The notes below the pieces were generated by a model. The model worked only from the letters and a program-made list of their open reading frames with translations, searched no databases and had not been told where the DNA came from. Positions 8,965-17,007 of a stretch of DNA of 64,000 bases are shown here, piece after piece (positions within the stretch are counted from its first letter, which is position 1; each line of letters begins with the position of its first letter). Origin of the DNA: Bacteroidaceae bacterium (GTDB lineage Bacteria; Bacteroidota; Bacteroidia; Bacteroidales; Bacteroidaceae); assembly GCA_017962495.1 (NCBI GenBank), contig JAGCVH010000054.1, forward strand, positions 6,572-70,571, given 5' to 3'. Both the position numbers and the translations under genes were made by a program.

Positions 8965-11130
8965 ATGAAAAAGAATTTCAAAGACATCGATATCTTTGCC
9001 GGGATTGAAGCCAAGAATGGCCACGACTGGCAAAAGGAGAATGGAATCACTGCCAACTGGAAGACTCCTGAGCAGATTGACATTCAGCCCGTTTACACGA
9101 AAGAAGACCTCGAAGGTATGGAGCATCTGGACTTTGCCGCTGGTATTCCTCCCTTCCTCCGTGGTCCGTATAGTATGATGTACCCCTTCCGCCCGTGGAC
9201 TATCCGTCAGTATGCAGGTTTCTCTACGGCTGAGGAGTCTAACGCCTTCTATCGCCGCAACCTTGCTGCTGGTCAGAAGGGTCTGTCCGTAGCCTTTGAC
9301 CTGCCTACGCATCGTGGTTACGACCCCGACAATGCCCGTGTGGTTGGTGACGTAGGTAAGGCAGGTGTGAGCATCTGTTCACTGGAGAACATGAAGGTGC
9401 TATTCGATGGTATTCCCTTGAACAAGATGTCCGTCTCCATGACCATGAATGGTGCTGTACTGCCCGTGCTGGCATTCTACATCAATGCCGGTCTGGAGCA
9501 GGGTGCACAGCTCGAGGAGATGGCAGGTACCATCCAGAACGACATCCTGAAGGAGTTCATGGTGCGTAACACCTACATCTATCCTCCTTCGTTCTCGATG
9601 AAGATTATTGCTGACATCTTTGAGTTTACCTCGCAGAAGATGCCGAAGTTCAATAGTATCTCCATCTCTGGTTACCACATGCAGGAAGCTGGTGCTACGG
9701 CTGACATCGAGTTGGCTTACACGCTGGCTGATGGTATGGACTACCTGCGTGCAGGTATCAATGCCGGCATCGACGTAGATGCTTTCGCACCCCGTCTCAG
9801 TTTCTTCTGGGCTATCGGCGTGAACCACTTCATGGAGATTGCCAAGATGCGTGCCGGTCGTCTGTTGTGGGCAAAGATTGTGAAGAGCTTCGGTGCTAAG
9901 AATCCTAAGTCGATGGCCCTGCGTACTCACTCGCAGACATCGGGTTGGTCACTCACCGAGCAAGATCCCTTCAACAACGTAGGTCGCACCTGTATTGAGG
10001 CTATGGCTGCCGTACTGGGTCATACCCAGAGTCTGCACACCAATGCCCTTGATGAGGCTATTGCACTGCCCACCGACTTCAGTGCTCGTATCGCCCGTAA
10101 CACGCAGATTTATATCCAGAACGAAACTCAGGTGTGCAAGCACATCGACCCATGGGCTGGTTCGTACTATGTAGAGAAACTGACCGATGAACTCGTACAC
10201 AAGGCTTGGGAACACATCCAGGAAATCGAGAAACTCGGCGGTATGGCTAAGGCTATCGAGACAGGTCTGCCCAAGATGCGTATCGAGGAGGCTGCTGCTC
10301 GCACGCAGGCTCGTATCGACTCGGGTGTACAGACCATCGTGGGTGTAAACAAGTATCGCCTCGATCACGAAGATCCTATTGATATTCTGGAAATCGATAA
10401 CACGGCAGTACGTCTACAGCAGGAAGAGAGCCTGAAGCAGTTGCGTGCCAACCGCGACGAGGAACAGGTGAAGAAGGACCTCGAGGCCATCACCAAGTGC
10501 GTTCAGGAGTTTGCCGATGGCAAGAAGTCGGAGAACAACCTGCTCGACCTCGCCGTTACGGCAGCAGGCCATCGTGCTACATTGGGAGAAATCAGTGACG
10601 CTTGCGAGGCTGTCGTAGGACGTTACAAGGCAGTAATTAGAACTATTTCAGGCGTGTATAGCAGTGAAAGCAAGAACGACAAGGACTTCGAGAAGGCTTG
10701 TCAGTTGACCGAAGAGTTTGCAAAGAAGGAGGGTCGTCGCCCCCGTATCATGGTAGCCAAGATGGGTCAGGACGGTCACGACCGTGGTGCCAAGGTTGTA
10801 GCAACAGGCTATGCCGATTGCGGTTTTGACGTCGACATGGGTCCCTTGTTCCAGACACCCGCTGAGGCTGCTCGTGAAGCAGTTGAGAACGACGTGAATG
10901 TGGTTGGTGCCAGCTCTCTGGCCGCTGGTCACAAGACCCTCATCCCACAGCTCATCGATGAACTGAAGAAGCTTGGTCGCGAGGATATCATGGTCATTGC
11001 TGGTGGTGTCATTCCCGCTCAGGACTACGACTTCCTCTACAAGGCTGGTGTAGCTGCTGTCTTCGGTCCCGGTACTTCCGTTGCCAAGGCTGCTTGCGAA
11101 ATCATGAACATCCTTCTGGATAAGGAATGA
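8965..11130 (+). CDS. mutB: Methylmalonyl-CoA mutase large (alpha) subunit, B12-dependent
   Basis: 721 aa with the typical MCM catalytic barrel ([29 protein letters not shown]). The C-terminal B12-binding domain carries the DxHxxG motif ([12 protein letters not shown]). Confidence 0.95.
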   Translation: MKKNFKDIDIFAGIEAKNGHDWQKENGITANWKTPEQIDIQPVYTKEDLEGMEHLDFAAGIPPFLRGPYSMMYPFRPWTIRQYAGFSTAEESNAFYRRNLAAGQKGLSVAFDLPTHRGYDPDNARVVGDVGKAGVSICSLENMKVLFDGIPLNKMSVSMTMNGAVLPVLAFYINAGLEQGAQLEEMAGTIQNDILKEFMVRNTYIYPPSFSMKIIADIFEFTSQKMPKFNSISISGYHMQEAGATADIELAYTLADGMDYLRAGINAGIDVDAFAPRLSFFWAIGVNHFMEIAKMRAGRLLWAKIVKSFGAKNPKSMALRTHSQTSGWSLTEQDPFNNVGRTCIEAMAAVLGHTQSLHTNALDEAIALPTDFSARIARNTQIYIQNETQVCKHIDPWAGSYYVEKLTDELVHKAWEHIQEIEKLGGMAKAIETGLPKMRIEEAAARTQARIDSGVQTIVGVNKYRLDHEDPIDILEIDNTAVRLQQEESLKQLRANRDEEQVKKDLEAITKCVQEFADGKKSENNLLDLAVTAAGHRATLGEISDACEAVVGRYKAVIRTISGVYSSESKNDKDFEKACQLTEEFAKKEGRRPRIMVAKMGQDGHDRGAKVVATGYADCGFDVDMGPLFQTPAEAAREAVENDVNVVGASSLAAGHKTLIPQLIDELKKLGREDIMVIAGGVIPAQDYDFLYKAGVAAVFGPGTSVAKAACEIMNILLDKE

Positions 11131-11196
11131 TTTGAATGATTGAATACTCGGAGAACTCCGAATAATCTGAATTCTCTGAATAACCGATAGGCAAAG

Positions 11197-11231
11197 GCGG
11201 AGCATTCGATTGGGTGCTCCGCTTTGCTTTT
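11197..11231 (+). terminator. Rho-independent terminator after mutB
   Basis: 8-bp stem GCGGAGCA/TGCTCCGC (11197-11204 / 11215-11222) with a 10-nt loop, followed by TTTGCTTTT. Confidence 0.75.
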
Positions 11232-11348
11232 ACCCTTGCTGGATTACTTTCAAGTTTGGAATTCGACAGTCATGTTTTCGATAAAAACTTTCCATCCTCA
11301 TGCAATGTTTTGCTAAATTGTGGATTATAGGGATAAGAGAGGAGTAGA

Positions 11349-13091
11349 ATGAAAGGAACGATATGCTTGCAACTCATGTCGCTTTTGGTGGGAATCAGTC
11401 TACGAGCGAGTGAGGCTGACAGTCTGCAGACGGACACGATGTATGTGGACTGGTACATTACTCCAGACATAACGGGCGAGACTGATAAGTTACCGACATT
11501 CGGGGACATGGTGGAAAAGTATGGTCAAGATGCCACGTCAGGATTGGAGGATTTCAGTGAGGAGACAAGCATAGAAATCGACGAACCGTGGCTGGCGTTG
11601 GTGAATATTACGGGACTGACAGACTTGCCTGCGAACAAGACGGATGTACGACAAGTCTGGGTTGAGGTGTACGACGGTCACAACCACTATTTCCGGAAGC
11701 GTGCGATTGTAAAGGCACAAGGCAGTTGGTCGCTTAAATTCCCCAAACGAAACTTCGCATGTCAGTTTTGTGAAGACGATTGGACGGGCACTAACACAGC
11801 CGATATCCGTATCGGTGAGTGGGTGACGCAAGACGAATTCCACTTCAAGGCATTCTACACCGACTTCAGTCGTGGCATAGGTGAGGTGGGATACAAACTC
11901 TTCCGTCAGATGGTGGCTGACCGTGCTCCTTATTGGGAAAGGGGTGGATATCTCGTAAACTCAAAGCGTGCTCGCTGTCTACCCGACGGATTTCCTTGTA
12001 TCGTGTACATCGAAGGAAAGTTCCACGGACTCTATGCATGGCAGTTGAAGAAGAGTCGTAAGAACATGAATATGGCAAAGACCGAGGAACTGCACATACA
12101 TTTGGACGGTAATCTAAATAATACGACCTTGTTCCGAGGCTCAGTCGCGTGGGGGCAGTTCGACATTCGACATCCAAAGGACACGTACTGCACTGACCGA
12201 ACAAAAGAAGCCATTCTTCAACTTAGCCAATACCATGCCGAACTTGCAGCACTTGAGGCTTCGGGTGCCGACAGCGTGGGAATGAGGCAAGCAGTGGAGG
12301 AACGTTTTGACATAGCTAGCCTACTGGACTATGATGTGTTTTATCAGTTTGTGTGCAATTGCGATGGGTCGCTGAAAAACTGGCAGTGGTTTACCTACGA
12401 TGGGCGAAAATGGATGGTCGTTCCCTATGATCTGGACCAAACCTTTGGTCTCAATTTGTATGGTGTGGTGCGTCCTGCTGTGTGGAATCACGACCCATTG
12501 ACCGAGGGCCCCTTTTATTGGGTAGAGCGTTATTATAAGTTGGAGTTGCGCCAGCGTTATGCCGAACTTCGGAAAAGTGGAGTGCTTACAACGGACAATA
12601 TATTGCCTCTCATGCAGAACTGGTGTATGCGCATAGGGGAAGATATGTATGGGCAAGAAAGAACTCGCTGGCCCGATAGCCCCTGCTATGGTGATGCTAT
12701 ATGCAATACGGGCTGGAAGCCAAGTACTGAATGGGCGTTGTATAAGTCGACACCTAATTACAATGCCGCTACGAAGTATCGTGCTGGTGATAAGTGCAAG
12801 TTGGAGGGTCGTCTGTGGGAGGCTCTTCAGGAAGTTTCAGGCGTTCGGCCATACCTGCGTAACTCACAACTCGACTCCCTGCAGCGGTGGGAGCAATGGG
12901 TAACCACCCGCTTGCTTTATCTGGATGAACAATATCACTTGAATGATGTTCCTCAGGAGGTCACGCCAACGTATCAAGTCATAAGAAACACTAAGTACTA
13001 TAACCTTTTGGGACAGCCCGTGAGGCGACCAAGAAAAGGTGTATACATAAGGAATGGGAAAAAGGTGCTCATAACTCAGTCTCTCTGGTGA
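11349..13091 (+). CDS. CotH-like (atypical kinase fold) secreted protein with a CBM5/12-like segment and a T9SS C-terminal sorting domain
   Basis: 580 aa with a signal peptide and CotH-like motifs (FKAFYTDFSRG, WMVVPYDLDQTFG). A Y..GD.....G.LWEA segment resembles chitin-binding type-3 modules. The C-terminus (YYNLLGQPVRRPRKGVYIRNGKKVLI) is a typical T9SS CTD. Confidence 0.65.
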   Translation: MKGTICLQLMSLLVGISLRASEADSLQTDTMYVDWYITPDITGETDKLPTFGDMVEKYGQDATSGLEDFSEETSIEIDEPWLALVNITGLTDLPANKTDVRQVWVEVYDGHNHYFRKRAIVKAQGSWSLKFPKRNFACQFCEDDWTGTNTADIRIGEWVTQDEFHFKAFYTDFSRGIGEVGYKLFRQMVADRAPYWERGGYLVNSKRARCLPDGFPCIVYIEGKFHGLYAWQLKKSRKNMNMAKTEELHIHLDGNLNNTTLFRGSVAWGQFDIRHPKDTYCTDRTKEAILQLSQYHAELAALEASGADSVGMRQAVEERFDIASLLDYDVFYQFVCNCDGSLKNWQWFTYDGRKWMVVPYDLDQTFGLNLYGVVRPAVWNHDPLTEGPFYWVERYYKLELRQRYAELRKSGVLTTDNILPLMQNWCMRIGEDMYGQERTRWPDSPCYGDAICNTGWKPSTEWALYKSTPNYNAATKYRAGDKCKLEGRLWEALQEVSGVRPYLRNSQLDSLQRWEQWVTTRLLYLDEQYHLNDVPQEVTPTYQVIRNTKYYNLLGQPVRRPRKGVYIRNGKKVLITQSLW

Positions 13092-13104
13092 TGATACAAT
13101 GAAG

Positions 13105-13140
13105 GCGGAGCATCCAATTGGGTGTTCCGCTTTTCTTTTC
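13105..13140 (+). terminator. Rho-independent terminator after the CotH-like gene; near-copy of the mutB terminator
   Basis: Stem GCGGAGCA/TGTTCCGC (one G-U pair) is followed by TTTTCTTTT. The 42-nt block 13102-13143 matches 11194-11235 at 37/42 positions. Confidence 0.7.
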
Positions 13141-13614
13141 CCCATCCCTCTGCTTCCTGCTACACCTTTTTACGCGATTTCAAGCCGATTTTATGCATTT
13201 CAGTTCGAAAATCACGCACTTTTGGTCGGTTTTCTTGCCTGTTTGGGCACTCGCAGCATCATGCAAACCGTGCTTTTTAGGCGGAAGTAAAAGTTAACAC
13301 GCTGTTTTTCAATCGCTTACAAAAATCATGTGACAAGTGTCACAAATGCAGTTGTTGCCGAGACGAAGGCCTGACAGGTGGGGGTGTAAGGTGTTGTGAA
13401 TAAGGAGCTTATGCTCGATGGCTGACGAATAAGTGTTCCCTGCCTCTCGAACAAGGGTTCAACGAACATGTTTATTTCTTGTATGATGATGCACGAAAAA
13501 GGGCAAAAAGAAAGCCAGGAAGAAGAAGTTGGAGCCAATTTCTATCATTCCTGACGCTGTGTGAGCAATATTTTCGGTTTCTAAACGAAGCCGTTCTTTT
13601 CGATGCTATTTGTC

Positions 13615-16600
13615 TTATTTCGGACGCAAGGTGAGGACGAATCCGCCCTTGCCCAGGCAATCGACAGAGATGGTTTTCTTCTTATTAACCTCGGTTTGAG
13701 AGGACTTAAGCAGACTGGCATTTGCCCCATCGCCGATGAGTGTTGCCTCATAGTTGCCCTTGCCAAGGAAGGTGAGGGGAACGGAGAACGCCGTATCGGT
13801 GTTTTTACCATTCAGGCCTGCGACATACCAAACGTCGGCCTTGCGACGCGCCACCACAAAGGACTGACCGGGATAGCCATCCAGGAAGCGTGTCTCGTCC
13901 CATGCCACAGGAACATTGCGCATGTGCGTTTGAGCCTCCTCAGGCAGGGCATAGAAGCCTTCGGGACGGTCTGCCCAGTGTTGAATGCCTGATTCAAAAA
14001 CAACGGAAAGTGCCAGTTCGTGGGCAAAGGTTGTCGTGTGGGGATGTTGTGAATTGGTGAATGCCACAGGCGTGTAGTCCATAGGACCAATGACATTGCG
14101 CATATAGGCTAGCGAGCAGTTGATGCGTGCACCTTCGGTGGTCATAATAGGGCCATTATTGTATTGTTCGGCTCCAAAGACAGCCTCCTGCGACATCAGG
14201 TTGGGGTAGGTTCGACTCCATCCGCGAGGTACTGTGCAACCGTGGAAGTTCACCATTATGCCGTATTGTGCAGCATCCTCGAGAATGTCGGCAAAGTATT
14301 GCATGGTGTGTTGTTTGTCGCTCTCGAAGAAATCGACCTTGATGCCTGCAACGCCTATACTGTTGTGCCACTGGAACTCCTTGATGCGTTCGTCGTGGTT
14401 TTGCATTTTGGGATTGTTGGAGTGATACCAAATCATGGGCTTAATGCCTTTGCTCTTGGCGTAGTTGACTGCGTCCTCCAGATTGCCTCCATTGCCCATA
14501 GTCTCCCATTCCCAGTCGAAAAGCACATACTCCCAACCCATGCGAGCCGCCAAATCGACATACTGACAGCATATCTTGTAGTCTTTCGTCCCATGGTTGT
14601 ATGCCCAGTAAACCCATGCCGCACGGCCTGGCTTCACAAAGTCGGTGTTTGCCAATCGACAGGACTCCGAAACATCCTCCACGAGTGTTGATTCGACGAT
14701 GGTCTTCAGACTGCCGATGATGAGTACGCGCCAAGGCGATTTCCAAGGGCCTTTGCATGAGGGATTGACTTCGCCTTTGTTGTAGCCTTCATAGGCAAAG
14801 GGATAACTGACTTGATACTTGTTTGCGGCATCCTTATTGTCGAGGTGTGTCGAGCAATACGAACGGCCAATGTTGGCTTCGGTAATCAGTGTGAATAAGC
14901 CGTCAGACTCAAACAGGGCAGGGAAGCACCATGTACCAGTCTTGCCTGCCCCAGCTTGGAAAGGGATGTCGGCCTCGTAGGATGTGTTGAAGGGTTGCAG
15001 CCAGCGGTGGGCAGTGGCAGGCATTTCGTAATTGGTTTGCTCATTGGCGAAGGTAAGGGTCTTCCCTGCTTCGTTGGCAAGGTCGTATCGGAAGGTGACT
15101 CCGTTGTCATAAGCGCAAACCTCCACGTTGAAAGGTGTTCCCTTTTGATTCTTGAAGTTGATGGTCATGCGCTTGCCTGCATTGCTAACCTCGGCACATT
15201 TCCCATGAAAGGCATGATACTGCTCAGTGAAACTTACAGGCTTAGTAGCCCCAACGAGGGTGATGCCTGTGGAGAAGTTATCTTCATTCGTGTTAAAACC
15301 GAGTTGCACTTTCGACACCTGCTTCCCTGCTTTGTCCTTAATAATAAGGTAGGGAACACCAGACAGCATTTCCACATGGGTTTGTATGCCAGTTTTAGGA
15401 CTTGTCAGTGTGCAAGCGCTGTCGCCTGATTTATTGTTGGGGTCATAAGTGATTTCGATGACAGGGGCAATCTCGTTGGGATGCTCGGCAGGAAGGGTTA
15501 TAATGAGTCCCTCTCCTCCTTGGCGATAATTCAGTTTGCCATAACCAAGCAGGCGTACACCCTTAACCTGTTCGTCCTTCAATGCCTTCAGTGTGAAGTC
15601 GCCAGCCTCTGGCCACATCATGATGGTGGCATAAATGCGGTTCTTGCCTTTCTGCACATATCGAACATCTTTAGCCGAGTATTTGATGCCCTCATTAAAG
15701 CCTTGTGCGTTGAGGGGATTGCTGGACTCTGCCAAAGGACCTTCGCCAAAGGTTTTCCAAGGACGTGTGTCGTAGATGCTCTTTTTATTAATATCCATCC
15801 AAGCCTTGATGTCGTTGACGATGGCACGTTCCTTTTCATCGATGGTGCCATTGGCGCGGATGGGGATGGAGAGCAGCAGGGTTCCGTTCTTTGAAACCAC
15901 ATCGACAAGCATGCGGATGACGGTTGCGGCAGACTTATAGCCATTGCGGTTGTAGAGGCCACGCTCATAGTGCCACGAACCAATGCAGGTACATGTCTGC
16001 CAAGGCATGGGTTGACAGCGGTCGGGAATACCGCGTTCCACATCCCACATCATGGCTTGCTTATGGACATCCTTAAGAATCTTTCCTGTAACCACCACGT
16101 CGGCTTCTCCCTTATGGCGGTTGGCGGTGTGGTTGTAGTAGTGTGTAAGGATGTTCAATCCAACCTGTTCGTTGCAACCATAGAAGGGCAGGACGGTATC
16201 ATCGAAGTACAGGACCTTCGGGTCGTACTTGTTGATGCATTGCAGAACACGGTTTTGGAAATTTTGCATATAGGCTTGTGATGGTATCGATGCACCATTC
16301 TTCCATTCCCATTGGGCGTGTATGGAACCAGCCCTTTCCCATCCTGTGCTGTGTTCATGGCGTTGGGCATAGAGAGCCTGCGGGTCCATTCCTTCCCACC
16401 ATTGACCTTTGCCGTCGGCTTTAGTCAGGTTACCGTCATAGCGCTGAGACCCTTCGAGCCACGTCCAGGCATGACTGCCGTGCATCGAGATACCCAGAGG
16501 TAACTTGTACTTTTTACATGCCTTAGCCCATTCGCCCACGATGTCGCGCTTGGGACCGATATTCACGGAATTCCATTCTTGATAGGGCGAATCCCAAAGG

Positions 16601-17007
16601 TCGAAGTTGTCGTGATGCTGGCCAAGTGTCATGAAGAACTGTGCTCCAGCGTCTTTGTATAAGCGTACCAGTTCGTCGGGATTCCATTCCTCTGCCTTCC
16701 AATCGCGGATGAGTTCCTTCAGTCCATATTGTGCAGGGTCGCCATAGTGCTCGACATGGAATCGGTTTTGCCATTCCCCAGGGTAGTACATATGGCGTGC
16801 ATACCAGTCGCCAGATTCTGCTTGGCACTGAGGGCCCCAGTGAGCCCAGATGCCAAACTTAGTGTCGCGGAACCATTCAGGACACTCCCATTGCGAGAGA
16901 CTTTCCCATGTGGGTTTGTAACTGCCCGTTTCCACGGGTACATTGTCTTGTGCCTGAAGCGCAACTGCGAAGGCGAGCATCAGGGCGAGAAGAGTAGTGC
17001 GTCTCAT
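13615..17007 (-). CDS. Fusion glycoside hydrolase: N-terminal GH29 alpha-L-fucosidase-like domain plus C-terminal GH97-like domain
   Basis: 1130 aa with a signal peptide. The N-terminal half has GH29 hallmarks (FGIWAHWGPQ, GQHHDNFDLWDS). The C-terminal half has GH97 hallmarks (SPWRVLIIG, KPGRAAWVYW, GIKVDFFESD, NFHGCTVPRGWSRTYPN, GPMDYTPVAF, ELALSVVFESGIQH, VAWDETRFL). Confidence 0.8.
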   Translation of the reverse strand: MRRTTLLALMLAFAVALQAQDNVPVETGSYKPTWESLSQWECPEWFRDTKFGIWAHWGPQCQAESGDWYARHMYYPGEWQNRFHVEHYGDPAQYGLKELIRDWKAEEWNPDELVRLYKDAGAQFFMTLGQHHDNFDLWDSPYQEWNSVNIGPKRDIVGEWAKACKKYKLPLGISMHGSHAWTWLEGSQRYDGNLTKADGKGQWWEGMDPQALYAQRHEHSTGWERAGSIHAQWEWKNGASIPSQAYMQNFQNRVLQCINKYDPKVLYFDDTVLPFYGCNEQVGLNILTHYYNHTANRHKGEADVVVTGKILKDVHKQAMMWDVERGIPDRCQPMPWQTCTCIGSWHYERGLYNRNGYKSAATVIRMLVDVVSKNGTLLLSIPIRANGTIDEKERAIVNDIKAWMDINKKSIYDTRPWKTFGEGPLAESSNPLNAQGFNEGIKYSAKDVRYVQKGKNRIYATIMMWPEAGDFTLKALKDEQVKGVRLLGYGKLNYRQGGEGLIITLPAEHPNEIAPVIEITYDPNNKSGDSACTLTSPKTGIQTHVEMLSGVPYLIIKDKAGKQVSKVQLGFNTNEDNFSTGITLVGATKPVSFTEQYHAFHGKCAEVSNAGKRMTINFKNQKGTPFNVEVCAYDNGVTFRYDLANEAGKTLTFANEQTNYEMPATAHRWLQPFNTSYEADIPFQAGAGKTGTWCFPALFESDGLFTLITEANIGRSYCSTHLDNKDAANKYQVSYPFAYEGYNKGEVNPSCKGPWKSPWRVLIIGSLKTIVESTLVEDVSESCRLANTDFVKPGRAAWVYWAYNHGTKDYKICCQYVDLAARMGWEYVLFDWEWETMGNGGNLEDAVNYAKSKGIKPMIWYHSNNPKMQNHDERIKEFQWHNSIGVAGIKVDFFESDKQHTMQYFADILEDAAQYGIMVNFHGCTVPRGWSRTYPNLMSQEAVFGAEQYNNGPIMTTEGARINCSLAYMRNVIGPMDYTPVAFTNSQHPHTTTFAHELALSVVFESGIQHWADRPEGFYALPEEAQTHMRNVPVAWDETRFLDGYPGQSFVVARRKADVWYVAGLNGKNTDTAFSVPLTFLGKGNYEATLIGDGANASLLKSSQTEVNKKKTISVDCLGKGGFVLTLRPK

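Noticed and set aside
7436-10368. Several antisense ORFs inside mutA/mutB (for example 7436-8110, 9400-9930, 9949-10368)
   Set aside because: They lie opposite strongly supported methylmalonyl-CoA mutase subunits and have shadow-ORF composition.
13099-13811. Small ORFs (62-76 aa) in and around the 523-bp convergent spacer
   Set aside because: They have no promoter box, no signal peptide or TM pattern, and odd composition. They are kept only as a possible unannotated-gene region in the findings.
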